Shown here: positions 22,045-35,288 of the stretch, piece by piece
How positions within the stretch are numbered: the stretch's first letter is position 1
Layout: every line of letters starts with the position of its first letter
NCBI GenBank assembly: GCA_031763465.1
Contig: JARFOE010000115.1
Coordinates: forward strand, 9,825,473-9,884,511
Reading direction: 5' to 3'
Source: Squatina squatina
Lineage: Eukaryota
DNA length: 59,039 nt
Notes under the pieces: generated by a model
The model's input: only the letters and a program-made list of their open reading frames with translations
Databases searched by the model: none
What the model was told of the DNA's origin: nothing
Made by a program: the position numbers and the translations under genes

Positions 22045-25000
22045 GTAAGTGCTGCCGTTCAAATTAACATGAAACCTCAGAAAAGTGCAAAGACACTGTC
22101 CGGTCATCTGTTACTTCATTGTACGGTGCTATTTGTAGAGAAACTGGACGCATTCATTGTAATAATGTTTATCAGTGAAACGATCGATGAGAACATTTAT
22201 CGGCTGATTAAAAGAAAACACGAAGAGACTATCTTTTAAATTACAGTTTACTGTGTTTTGAAGATACAGCATCAATAATTGTGATCAAAGATGCATTAGC
22301 ACAGTTCAGACAATGAGACACTGAGGAATCTTTGCTTTCTCCACATTGGAGTATGGACAGGTGCCATTTGTTGATTTTGGGATACTGACTGCCTTGAGAT
22401 ATATTGGACAATTATTGGCACGAAAACAACAAAAACGGATTTATGTCAGACGTCAATCTATTAACAGAGTTCATTTAAACAAGGTTCCAGACAGAGAAAA
22501 TTCAGTTATGATAGGATACATAAGTTCACACTCTAAGGATTATTTGCGCTCATCAAAGACGGTCAGCTGTAATTAAGTTAATTTAGCAGTGGGAAGGTGA
22601 AGTATAGTCAATAAGCTAAAAGCACAAAAGTAATTAACTTGTGACCAGCCATAGCTGGTAACTTTACATTGAAAATAAACTAGTACAAATTTCACAATTT
22701 TCAATAAAAACCAAGACTGCTGTTCAGGATGGGAACATGATGATAACCAGGAGTGGTGCTACTATCCAGGGTATCATTATGCCTGAGTGATGGCAAACTA
22801 CAATTCTACCAGGCCATTTTGCTCCTGCTCTTCCTCAAACACTGGGGCTATGTGGAACACAAGACCAGGCTACCACAAAATGAGCAAATGGTTGACTTTA
22901 GAGGTCAGGTTGTGCACACAAGCATATTTTTTTAAAAAGAGAACAATTTGTTTTCCTGAAGGCTGTTTGAAAATGAACAGCTTGGTGAGATACTGACTAA
23001 ATCACAGCAAAGTGGTCCCAGATTCAATATCAAACCTGTGCAGAGTTAGCCTGGCAGTAGTGAGGTAACTCGCTCGCTTCTTCATTTCCGCCTTTAGAGA
23101 TGGGAAAGAAGGTTTGATTATCACGGATTTTACCAACCTCAAAAGATGGAATGAACAGATTAAAAACTTAAATTACTTAAGATTTGGAATTTACGGAAAA
23201 ATAACTTGTATCTCAATTATTTAAAAAATCAACAGTCACATCACTTCTTTAAAATAAACAAATGCATTGCATTATAAAGTATTATTGGTATGGTTATGGG
23301 AAAATGGTTAGCAGGCCCTTGAGCCTCTGAATAAATGCCTTCTTTTTTTTCCAACTTTTCCCAAGACACATTTGCACTTCATGGTACAACACATTGCTGG
23401 AGTGGAATAGTCCCTTTTTCTGTTAGGGGTGATTCAATGAGGCTTTTTTACAAATTGAATGCAGCAAAGTTTACATCCTTCATTGGGCAAGGGCATATTA
23501 CAGATGAAGGTTATCTCGCTTTGTTTGCCAGTTTGTTCCAAAATACAAAATTGGTTGTTGATTCCATTTTAACTGTTGATACTTTCCAGGATGACCATTT
23601 TGAAGAGTGCTTGACATCCGGTGTACACCTGAAGGCAAAATGTCTAGCAACAACTGTCTGCTGTAACTAAATAGAATAAAGAATTAAATTACTATTTTAG
23701 AGGTTATGTCACAGAGACAGTTTTAATACTGAGATTGATTTTGAAGATTTTCTTTCCCTCTCTCTTTCTCTTTCTGTACCCGATTTAACATTGAATTCCC
23801 TTACTCTAATTCAGATTTCCATCTCACCCATGTGCTGTTAATTTCACAATCCTTCAATCTGATTGGTTCAGAGACACAGTTGCTTGCCCGGTTCACTCGG
23901 GTCCTAGGTGTCCTGTTTTCCTGACTGATGTTATCAGCTCGCACTTTCAGCAACTTGCTATGCAAAAACTTTAAAAACCTGAACGAGCAAGGGGAAGTCT
24001 AACTGACGGCGGACATTGTTAAATTCACTCCAAACCAGATTCTGGCCCAATGAAATCAATGTGACTATGACTTTGGGAAGTGTGATTTCACAACAGTTTC
24101 ATCACTTTGTTTTGGTTTCTCACCGTGTGAAAGAATTTTCCATGAAAACTTATTGGATTATGGTAACGTATGTTTTTTAGGTCCGACAAGTGAATCCATC
24201 AACGACCCTCGAGTGCCATTTGTTGACCATCTCCTACAATTTACTCAGTGGACCTTATTGTTCTGGCAGCTGATGACGGGCAATCCCTGCTGGAATCCAA
24301 CTGTGCAAAAATGGGAACGACACACAAGTGTTGCGTCAAATTGAACTTGTACTTCAGCGTTTGCTGCAATACACTACTGCTGTGGTATGTTAATTGCAAC
24401 AAAAGTACAAAATGCGCTTGTGACTGCTTAAAAATGTAGAATGCTTTTTGTGGGAAGTGCTTGATAATATAAATGTTCAATAATTTCAGATGAAGATTTG
24501 ATAATTCAGTTCATGCGATAGTTAACAAAATATTGTTCACAGGTGCTGAGTGAGTGAGACAACATTGCCATTTATTACAGAGATTTCCATAGGAATTACA
24601 GCACATCTGTCCCAACGGTTCTGTGTCGGTGTTTATGCTCCACACGAGGCTCCTCCCACCCTACTTCATCTCACCCTATCAACATACACTTGTATTCCTT
24701 TCTCCCTCGTGTGCTTATCTAGCTTTCCTTTAAAATCCATCTATGTTATTCGCCTCGACCACTCCATGTGTCAGCAAGTTCCACATTCTCGCCACTCTCT
24801 GAGTAGTTAACTTAAATGTGCCGAATTACCTTCATCATATAAAGCTGCCTTGTGATAGCATTTTCTCATTTCACACTGAAAATTTAAATCCAGGCATATT
24901 CTTACAAATTTGGGTCTGCCATAGATACCTTCTTGGGTTCAGTGGCATCTGTTCCTCCCATAAGCAGTCCAAGAATTCCACTTCTTATGGGAGTGGATTC

Positions 25001-26149
25001 ACGCTGCCCCATATCGACTTGTATGATAGAGTAACCCAGGGACATAACAATAACATCCCCTTGTGACCTGGATTCGGTATTCATGCCTGTTGCACATGTG
25101 CTTCTCAACCTATTCAACGGTGGGCCGAGCAAACACTTGAGTGCATTTTATATTTCAGATTATCTTCTTTCAGAAAACCCAGATTTGCAATAGGAAATAT
25201 CCATTGGAAATTAAAAAGAATCAAGGTGTGTCCTAACAGCAGTGGTGTAAATATATTCATTATTTCTGAACTCCCTCAAATTTGCCTTGATTGTCTTTGT
25301 ATAAATTAATTTTATTTGTATTTTCAGATTTGTATTTTTTTACATTGCTGGGTTACTTTTTACCATTGAAGAGATCACAGGGATGTGTGATGGCAAGTCA
25401 GAAGATACTGTTTTAAAATAATGAGTGAAATGCATATCTGCTGCTGAGGTCCAGCTGTGTTTTTATGGCCTGTCCCTTTCAGGGCTCAAAGTTGAATTGT
25501 TTTAAACAAGAAATTGTGCAGATTAGCAGGTGCTCATCAATTCCCAGCTCCACGTCCAAAATCAGCATGAAATTACTGCCATTTAAAACAAACATTTGCA
25601 TTTTGACGTCGAGACTGTAAAAGATGTGTTAGGTGCACGATTTCTTTTATTTATGTAGATGATTGAATATTTGCGACTTTTAGTTTTATGTTCATGATCT
25701 TGTATCACAACTTGAAGCTATTTCCATTTTAAATGTTGCCAAATGAAATAAAGTATTGATCACCAGTCTCCTTTTTCATCTAAATTATGTGTTTGTAAAT
25801 CATTCTCTCTCTCGGATGTCTTTTTCCTGTTGATGATTTGTTCAAAATACACGTTATTTTCCTTTGATACTCTGACTATTACATTTGATTTTGATTTGGG
25901 ATTTACAGTTAGATATTGATATAGGTTGTGACTTTTACTTTAATCTTCCTAGTTTAATAAAACTCCAAGCACCGGCTTTTTGACAGCTTAGTGTGTGGTC
26001 GCACATATCCAGCTCCACTGCTGATGTGTGTGTGTCTGTTCCCGTCAGTCTCCGAAAGGTCCAGAGGTGAAAATGCTAAACCTGCTCATAAACGTACTTG
26101 TTTTGTATTGGCAAAAATTCCTCCAATAACATTTCCAATGTAGTCCTTT

Positions 26150-26322
26150 CCATCTCTATGGGGCTGTTTGTGGGAGATTGATGTGTCCAAATTGGCTGCC
26201 GGGTTTCCTAGGTTCCAACAGTGACTCGACTTCAAAAAAAAAAAGTACTTCATTGGCTGTAAAACACTTTGGGACATCCTGAGGTCGTGAAAGGCACTAT
26301 ATAAATGCAAGTCTTTTTTTCT
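26150..26322 (+). mobile_element. 3' part of a DeuSINE
   Basis: gctgtttgtgggag...aaattggctgcc...cattggctgtaaaacactttgggacatcctgaggtcgtgaaaggcactatataaatgcaagtc, the same tail as the copies near 20303 and 31750-31890. Confidence 0.75.
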
Positions 26323-26340
26323 TGCCTTGCAGTCTGCTCA

Positions 26341-26449
26341 AAGTTCTGAAGAAGTGTCATCGACCTGAAACGTTAACTCTGTTTCTCTCTCCACGGATGC
26401 TGCCTGACCTGCTGAGTATTTCCAGCATTTTCTGTTTTTATTTCAGATT
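26341..26449 (+). mobile_element. Penelope-like terminal repeat fragment containing a minimal hammerhead-like motif
   Basis: agttCTGAAGAagtgtcatcgacctGAAACGTTaact followed by ctgtttctctctccac.gatgctgcctgacctgctgag. A related copy is at 36411-36494. Confidence 0.6.
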
Positions 26450-26646
26450 NNNNNNNNNNNNNNNNNNNNNNNNNNNNNNNNNNNNNNNNNNNNNNNNNNN
26501 NNNNNNNNNNNNNNNNNNNNNNNNNNNNNNNNNNNNNNNNNNNNNNNNNTATCATCGATAAATGCAGTGAACAGAAGTGGCCCCTGAACCGAACCCTGTC
26601 AGATATCCACTTCCAACCGCTCTGAGAAATTTCCCCTAACACCAAG

Positions 26647-27311
26647 GGGCCGAAAGTGACTCCCACCATGTTTAAAATGCGTACGGGGCGGGAGCTGGCA
26701 TTTCACTCGCCAGCGCCCACCCTGTCCTGGCCATCCCAATATTCGCTACTCCGGGGCGCCTGCAGGAGGCAGCACCCTCCCAAACCCTGGCCGCCAGTAG
26801 CGTGGCTTCAGCGCCACGCCAACGGTCTCCGAATCGCTGCATCAGCGCACAGCGCGCTGACGTCAGCAGGAGGGCCAGGCCTCCCTTAAAGGGGAGGACC
26901 GCTGGCCATCCTGAATGTGCTACCCTAGGCCACCAGGGTGGCCGGCAACCGGGCCACCAGCCTGGCACACCATTCCGAGGGGCCGCCATTTATCGGCCGA
27001 CACAGACACTCTGGCCTTTAAGGGGTCCGTTGCAGCGACAGGTTTTCCTGTCACTGCAATCGCCCCGCACTGCGGCCGCCTCCTGTGGGCGAATTTTCCC
27101 GCAAGATGCAAACGGAGCGGCAAGGGCGTCTTGATGACGTCACACGCCAACCCGCCAGGAAATTCTGCTGGGCAGGCGCAAAGGCCTCTGCGCCCCAGCT
27201 GAATTTCGGGGGAGGCGAGATGGCCATCTCCAGACGCCATCTTTTTCATAACGCCCCATTAGCTACCCTCAGAGGCGCTAATGGTACATTAAAAGAGGCC
27301 AATTTCGGCCC
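26647..27311. mobile_element. Non-autonomous PIF/Harbinger-like MITE
   Basis: TIRs GGGCCGAAA(G/T)TG at 26647 and its reverse complement caatttcggccc ending at 27311. Identical 3-bp flanks AAG at 26644-26646 and 27312-27314. GC-rich interior without transposase. Confidence 0.75.
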
Positions 27312-27319
27312 AAGTCTCT

Positions 27320-27830
27320 CCGTTAGTCCCTTCTAGCCAAGTTTTAATCCAGTTTGTCTCCCAATTTATTTTCCATAATCTTCTCCAGTAATCTCCCATG
27401 TTGTACCTTGCTGAAGGCTTTCCGAAAGTCCATGTAAACTACATCATACATTTCCCTCATCTGTTCCCTCCTCAAAGAATTCTATGAGGTTTGTCGAGCA
27501 TGATCGTCCCTTTTGAAATCCTTGCTGGCTACTTCTAACTATTTTCTCTCTCTCTGGATATGTAGTAATTTCACCCTTAATTAGAGACTCTCATTTTCCC
27601 CACCACAGATGTAAAACTAACTGGTCTGTAATTACCTGATTAACTCTGACTCGCTTTTTATAAATGGGTATTACATTGGCCAGTCTCCAGTCTCCCAGTT
27701 CACATCCACCCTCAATAGAGCCAGAAATGTAATGTCCAGGGTCTTGGCAATATTCTCCCTCAGGATCCCAGGATGTCTCCCATCGGTCCCTGGTGTTTTA
27801 TGTTTCTTCAGCCTAAATAACCTGTCTCGC
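27320..27830 (-). mobile_element. CR1 LINE reverse transcriptase fragment
   Basis: Minus strand gives DVVYMDFRKAFSKV and NYRPVSFTSVVGK-type RT motifs. Confidence 0.8.
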
Positions 27831-29853
27831 TCTCACCCTCCAGGATTCACCTCCTCTCCGATGTCCTTCTCTCGTAACTTATTAAAGACCGTTGACATTT
27901 TTTGATCTTCGTGTACAACTTCACACCGTACTCTGAGGTTGTGTATATCCACAGATCTTACAAATACAGACCTTCATCTTCCCGATCTTGTATGTTTCAG
28001 TTCCGCACCAGCTGACTGAACCTCTTGAAGCAGCTCCTGCTTTTCTGCCTTCTTAATTTGACACTGCAGTACTGGTTAATCTCACCTAAATATGCAAAAC
28101 AGCAGTGACCCAGTTCATTATAACACACTTATTCAGCACTCCTGCAACTGGGATAAGTGCGAGAGTTTGCAAAAGTAACATCCTGTCACAGTTTATTTCT
28201 TTTGTTTTATTCCAAGTGGCATTCTGTTGTAAGTACAGGGTCACTCAGGAGCAGCCTTAATTAGAAGTATTTAAATGTGCATAAACAGCACAGCAACAGC
28301 CCCAAAGGTTTCTTTGTGTGGGTATGTGTCTGTGTTTGTGCATGTTTGTATGTATGTTTATATATGTGGAGTGTGTATGTGTGCGTGTTTGTGTATGTAT
28401 GCGTGTGCATACATCGTCTCCTGCTCCCTAAATTTACCAGGTGGGATTGAATGTGAATGTTTGGGAGGTGGAGGAAATTATTGCAGCAGAAACCAAAGCA
28501 ACACTACCTCATATCGAACAGAAAACTGTATTTAATACACAAGAATGGCATTTATGCCCATTAAAACTCTTCCTGCCACATAAAAGATTACCCAACATGA
28601 TTAATCCCCTCAGGGAAAGTTATTTGCAAATAGTCCCTAATATCCAATTCTAATCAAGCAAAAGTCCATTATTTTCATCCACTTTCACATCGTCAATAGT
28701 CAACACTGACATGCAACATTTCCACCCTCCCTCAGCTCATAGGATCAGGAGTAGGCCATTCAGCCCCTCAAGCCTGCTCTGCCATTCAATGGCTGATCTC
28801 TACATCAAATCCATTTACCTGCCTTAACCCCATATCCCATGCTGCTCTTCCCTGACAAAATGGCTCCAGTAGTAAAGGAGTTAACTCATCATGTAGAGTG
28901 AAATTCCCCTTAAATAAAATGGGAGGTAACTGCTTTTCTCCACAATTGACATCACCCTCAAGAAGTCAGAAAAGACGTAGCTTTGAAAAATTCAATTTCT
29001 GGGAATACAACTTTGTTAGCTGATCATTGATGATGGAGAATGTAGCCTATTTCCATTATAAGAGGATGTATCACCCCCATCCACACAATCCCTAACCCCG
29101 CTCCCAATCAGGTACTTTTCTTGCTCCGTTTTGATGGAGTTAACTGGCTCAGCCTCAGCTATTTGCAGGGAGTTTGTTGCCCAGGGCTAATGGGTGTGGG
29201 AATCCTAGTAAATTTGTGTCAGTGAGTGAAGGGGGTGGGTGGAGGGAACACTAAGGAAACTTGAACTAGCAAGAGGGGAGAGTCTCTCAAATTCTTGGGC
29301 CAGAAAGTGGGGGGGGGATCCCTAGCAATAATCAGTAAGTTGGAGTGGGGAAGTGATGTCTTGTTCTCCATTCTATAATTCTTCTATCTCCCTCAGATGC
29401 TTCCTTTTCTCTTCCACTCTTCCCATCTGTCCTTTTGTTTAAATGCAAATTTGCAACAGGAGGTCCAACATTGAAGATATATAATATTTGTTGATTCGTT
29501 TTGTCAATCGTAGCTTCAGACTGGCTGGAAAATTATAGTGCATGACCCAGATCTTTTCCCACCTTTCATTGTGTAAACATTTGGTACTTGTTCCAATATG
29601 CATTACTTTACATTTATGTACATGAAGACCGATTGCTGAGCCCATTAAGTGCACAGTTTCTCCCCAATATTAAACTAAAATGGTCACCAGAATCAAAAAC
29701 ACAAAGCTGCCAGGTCTTCTACGAGTTGGCCTAATTTGAACTAGAATGGAATGTGATGTTGAGAAATTCATGAACCGTATGTTTGCAGAGCAAGAGAGAA
29801 AGATGCTTGTAAAGAACTAGTGAAATGAAGAGAATCTGTGGATGAAGAGAAAC

Positions 29854-31182
29854 ATGTCCAAAGTGTCTAAGTACAGCGTGAAGTCCAAACATTCAGCAGC
29901 CATTATAAAAGCCATGAGTTTTGTTCCAGGTAACATCATAATAGAATATTTTAGCACAGATTATAACCACTAATCACTGATTATAACCACCAGACACTTA
30001 TTCATTTGTCTTTTTCCAGTATTCCACCTGTTTACTGTTTGTGGAGCAGTGACACTGGCCACACCCAATACAACCACTGAAGTCACAGTAGGAGAACAGG
30101 TCCTGTTCCGTGTAAATCCCCAAGGTGGAAGTTGGCATGGAGTAACTTTTCATGCCAAAACTCCATCTACTATTATTGCAGCATGGACAATCAACAATTC
30201 AGTTGAACTATGGACTATATGAACACAGACTGTAATGGAACATGAGTGGTTCTGTGGTGTTGTATAAGGCCCAAATCAGTGACAATCGAGAATATGAACT
30301 AGAAATCAACTACTACCACGCAGGAGTGAAAGGCAATGATGTCACGTTTTTTGAACTGTGCGTGTTTGTTAAGTACTGATCAGTAGTGATAGATCATACA
30401 AACACTCATTCATTGAGTGCTCCATTAGCATTCCTGCATCAAAATAAAATCAGCTTGAAGCCTAATGTTTATCGCCAAGCCATGAAATTCATTGCACTCT
30501 GTTAAAATCAATTACTGAGCAAACATGGTTCACTTACTTCAGCTATTCACTTACTCAGTCTTTGCATTTTGCCAATGCTTTTCCTACCGCTCGTGTTTTC
30601 ATCATTATCTTTTTATAGTGCAGCCACGAAGCATTTTGCAAAGTCTTCCTTCTGTCAAGGATGGACTAGTCTGTTTTCTGAAGGAAAGTGAACATCAACA
30701 TTGTTATAAAAACATTGCTCTATCTAATAATAAGCATTAATCACCCACTGCAGTTATTGCGACATTGTTGTTATTTTAATTCACTTAAAGCAGCCTATTC
30801 AATTCACTTATAAATAAAAAGACAAAAACTGCAGATGCTGGAAATCTAAATCAAACATATTTTTAAAAACTAACGGGTTTCATGCCCATTATTCCTCTGT
30901 CTGTTTCAGAATCAGTTTCCCAGCCTGCTGTGAGAATTATCAGTGACTGTCCAACTCCAAATGTCACTCTAAGCTGCTCAATCTCTAATGGAACAAATGT
31001 CACATTTCATTGGAGAAAACAATCCCTATCTGGAGCCATTAATGGTACATACAATGGGACAGAACTAGTGATAGACCGTGGTAACAAAGAGGAACAACAT
31101 GTATACAGATGTGTAGCAGAGAACCCAGTCAGTAATGCAACTAGTGATCCAGTGAGGCTCGAACTGTGTGCTCGGAATAAAG
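29854..31182 (+). pseudogene. CD2/SLAM-like receptor B pseudogene, paralog of receptor A: putative leader 29854-29929, disrupted V exon 30020-30368, open C2 exon 30910-31182
   Basis: V exon FHLFTVCGAVTLATPNTTTEVTVGEQVLF...IIAAWT has a frameshift near 30210, an in-frame TAA at 30233-30235 and a donor changed to TTTG|TTAAGT. C2 exon ESVSQPAVRIISDCPTPNVTLSCSISNGTNVTFHWRK...YRCVAENPVSN is clearly paralogous to 19438-19719. Confidence 0.8.
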
Positions 31183-31289
31183 GTGAGAGATTAGAAAAAA
31201 AAATCTATCCTGCAAAAGCTACTCTTAATATTTATAATTTTTCTGCCATTAGATTTCAAAGAGATGACTTCCTCCTTCACTTGGAGTTT

Positions 31290-31890
31290 GTCAGCTGTAG
31301 CTCGGTGGGCAGCACTCTCGCCTCTGAGTCAGAGGTTGTGGGTTCAAGTCCCACTACAGAGACTTGAGCACAAAATCTAGGCTGACACTCATTGCAGTAC
31401 TGAAGCAGTGCTGCACTGTCAGAGGTGCCGTATTTCAAATGAGATGTTAAACTGAGACCCCATCTGCCCTCTCAAAGATTTAAAAGATCCCATGGCACTA
31501 TTTGAAGAAGAGCAGGAGAGTCCTGGCCAAAGCTGCTGCTAATTTTATTTTGGGTGCGTGGCCCCTTTAAGGGGCTATAGGCCCATTCAAGTTACCCTGC
31601 ATGTGCATTTTGTTTCCATTATAACTGCATTGAGTGGCCCACGTGGGACCTGCAGATCCCAGCTTAAAGGGAATATAGGTCCTGGCCAATATTTATCCCT
31701 CAACCTGCATCACTAATAATAGATTATCTGGTCATTATCACATTGCTGTTTGTGGGTACTTGCTGGGTGCAATTTGGCTACCACATTTTCTACAACACTG
31801 ACTAAACTTCAAAAGTACTCAATTGGCTGTAAAGTGCCTTGGGATGCCCTGAGACCATGAAAGGTGCTATATAAATGCAGGTCTTTCATT
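31290..31890 (+). mobile_element. Near full-length Deu-domain SINE with an internal insertion
   Basis: tRNA-like head (tagctcggtgg A-box, ggttcaagtcc B-box), Deu core and 3' tail ggtgctatataaatgcag. Interrupted at 31531-31678. Confidence 0.85.
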
Positions 31891-32139
31891 TTAATAGTAG
31901 GACAGTTCAGAGCAGACAACTCCGCTTCATGTGGGAGAGTAGAACAGCCTGAACTAGACTTTTGCTGTCAGTGCAGTGCCACCATTAGCAGATAGTGTAC
32001 TTCTACAACTGGTCAAGCAAGTTCTTCCCACATAGGACGGTAAACACTAGTGGATTGATGACTGGAAATCTTCATCAATGACAGGACCCAATCTAAAACA
32101 CCAACGTTATGATCCAGTGAGTCAGACTGTACTGCACGG

Positions 32140-32511
32140 TTAAGAACATAAGAATTAGGAGCAGGAGTAGGCCATATGGCCCCTCGAGCTTGGTCCGCCA
32201 TTCAATAAGATCATGGCTGATCTTCGAGCTCAACTCCACTTTCTTGCCCTATCCCCATATCCCTTGATTCCTCTGGAGTTCAAAAATCTATCTTAGCCTT
32301 GAATATACTCAACAATTCAGCATCCACAGCCCTTTGGGGCAGAGAATTCCAAAGATTCACAATCCTCTGAATGATGAAATTCCTCCTCAGCACAGTCTTA
32401 AAAGGCCAGCCCCTTATCCCGAGGATATATCCCCTAGTTCTAGACTCTCCAACCAAGGGAAATAACCTCTCAGCATCTACGCTGTCAAGCCCCCCTCAGA
32501 ATCTTTTATGT
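32140..32511 (-). mobile_element. CR1 LINE 3' end
   Basis: taagaacataagaattaggagcaggagtaggccat tail plus reverse ORF2 C-terminus; similar to 2856-3058 and 8845-9042. Confidence 0.85.
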
Positions 32512-35237
32512 NNNNNNNNNNNNNNNNNNNNNNNNNNNNNNNNNNNNNNNNNNNNNNNNNNNNNNNNNNNNNNNNNNNNNNNNNNNNNNNNNNNNNNNNN
32601 NNNNNNNNNNNATGCACCCCTCCCAGTGTAAATTCCTGAGTCACTGAGTCATGCTACTATTAATGCACACGGTTGCTGAAGTGAAACCATCCCAAAACTT
32701 GAAATCACTTATTGAAATCATATTGTCCCCACTCAGAATACCCTGAAGAGCAAATCCCATTGCACCCTTTCCAGTGCTTTCTCAGTACCCAGCATTGCAT
32801 GTTTATTGGAGATTTATGATCCATACTGTTAAAAATACACCCTAGCAGATATTGTTTTCCTGGTAAGAAGCCAGTTTGAAGCATCTATGTGGATGAATTC
32901 CCACAGTGTCAGTGACTTCACACACAACCATTATATCCACTGAAGGTTGCCAGAACTTTTTATAGAACTCCACCAGAAATCATTGCTTTTCCATTCTGAA
33001 TTTGGCCGAATGCCGTTCCCAGATCTTAAAAGGGAAACATCTCAATAGCTGTTTTTCTCATCTCCGACTTGCAGAAAATTCTGACAACTATATGCAGCAC
33101 TTTCTCTGTTGCCTGTTCCCAAACTTGTCCAGAGATTGATTATACCATTGCAAGATTTTATAATTCTTTGAGCTTTGGGGTGGGGCAGAAGGTCCATTTT
33201 AAGATTACAGATCGAGTGAGGGGACATTTCTTTTTTTAGCGTGTATAGTCTCACAGTTGCTGTTCTTATTACAAAGCTAATGATACTGATAATGTAGAAA
33301 CTGAGTGATTTGTCTGCTTAANNNNNNNNNNNNNNNNNNNNNNNNNNNNNNNNNNNNNNNNNNNNNNNNNNNNNNNNNNNNNNNNNNNNNNNNNNNNNNN
33401 NNNNNNNNNNNNNNNNNNNNNATTACAGAGTCCTTCGCATTGCCTATATCGACAACCACAGAACAGAACTGGATAGGAAATTAGTGTCAGCACATGCGCT
33501 GCTATGTAAGTTCTTTTCATCTGTGCTTCCAACAAGATTCTGATCTCTGGTCTTTAAGTTACACAAGACAAAGTACAACATTTCTTTTCCTTGACCCTCC
33601 GGTATAATTCCTGGTATCTTAAAACAGTAAAAATACACACCATCTCTTTGAATGAATCTGAACCATGGGATGGGCTTTAAGTATAAATTAAAGATAAATA
33701 ATATCATTCAAAATTCTGATAACTCAGACACAGCTTTTCTAGTGAAACTATAAAGTGATCTGTGTAGTACACAAAATATGTGTCGTCACATTCACGTCTG
33801 AGTAACTTGACTACCTTTGTTTTTCTTGCCCGTCCGCACGACCCCACCTCCCTACAATAAAATAAAGTTTCCCTGCATTGACCAGGGTGTACAACATAGT
33901 GAGAGTGAGTGACCTATACAGTATTACAGCTGCATTATGGATGTCAGGTCAACAGTTATCCAGCCAAAAGTTCCAGACATACAATTGGAGCTTCATGAAA
34001 AACAGAAAAAATACTTCTGATATAATCAGTGACTGTAGAATATCTATTAAATGGCGATATTCTTTACAACTGTATTACAAGATAAACAGCACAATACATG
34101 GTGTATCCCTAATATGAACCATTATCAAAGCTAGCTTTAAGTGGAGCCAATCTCTTATGGTTTTGGACCCCCTGCTGATGCGTGCAATCATGGAAATGAG
34201 CAGGCAGCATGAAGTTGGTGTGCTGCCTGTGTTACATTGAACGGGAGCGGGATAATCATGCATTGCGTCCCCACCTCCCCCCCCCCCCACCTGATTTCAG
34301 GGGCTATCCAATTTAACCCCAATATTCTTTACTTCACCTTTTCTCAGTACCTCACAATCTATTTGTTTAACTAATGCCATCCCTCAGGTCACATTGTTGT
34401 GTTTTTTTCCTGCTGTGTGCTGCTCACTAATTTGTTACTATGGCTACAGACAATGTTGGCCTCTGTTTGAGTTCCTTAAGGTGCAGTTACTCTATTGAAG
34501 GTGTTTTTTTCCTGTGATTCCAGCCGTAGTAACAAATGCGTATTGATAACCTGGGATTTATTTAAAAGTAAACAAAAGCAATCTATATATTCTTTGATCC
34601 CCTCTTCCCTCAGTTGTTGTCCTACTAAAGAACTGATTACCTTCTGGTTTCCAGTTGTTGCACCCAAAAAATCTTAGCTGCTCCTGACAGACTTGCTGTG
34701 TACTTCCAGCTGAAACCTTGCCCTCCCCTCCGTCCAGAGACCCCTCGCTTTCCCCTCCTGGTGCTCAAACACTTCTTTATGTGGGTGACGTTGGCAAGGC
34801 GCCGTTTATTGCCTCTTACAAGTTTCTGGCCTTGGGATATTATTGGGTACGGAGGTGCTGGTCCACCTACCCAATATCTAACCATACAATAGAATAACCC
34901 AGAGCAATGGTGGGAGGAGGCTCGTGTGGAGCATAACCATAACTGGCATAGACCAGTTGGGCCGAATGGCCTGTTTCCGTTCTGTAGACTCTACATAGAA
35001 CATAGGAGCAGGAGTAGGCCATTCTGCACTTAGAACCTGCTCCGCCATTCAATGAGATCATGGCTGATCATCCAAATTCAATANNNNNNNNNNNNNNNNN
35101 NNNNNNNNNNNNNNNNNNNNNNNNNNNNNNNNNNNNNNNNNNNNNNNNNNNNNNNNNNNNNNNNNNNNNNNNNNNNNNNNNNNAACTCACACCCCAATGC
35201 AGGACCTACCAGAGGGTGATTAAACTGTAACTTATTT

Positions 35238-35241
<4 letters not shown>

Positions 35242-35287
<46 letters not shown>

Positions 35288-35288
35288 A
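35242..35288. repeat. (TA)n microsatellite
   Basis: Read directly. Confidence 0.95.

Noticed and set aside
24181-24440. Cytoplasmic exon with an ITSM-like TIYSV motif for receptor A
   Set aside because: TIYSVD does not match TxYxx(V/I), and two stops precede it in the frame set by the phase-2 donor.
26656-27336. Cluster of overlapping GC-rich ORFs
   Set aside because: All lie within the MITE; high GC explains the lack of stops, and there are no domain motifs.
31290-31360. tRNA gene
   Set aside because: The A and B boxes belong to a SINE head that continues straight into the Deu core.
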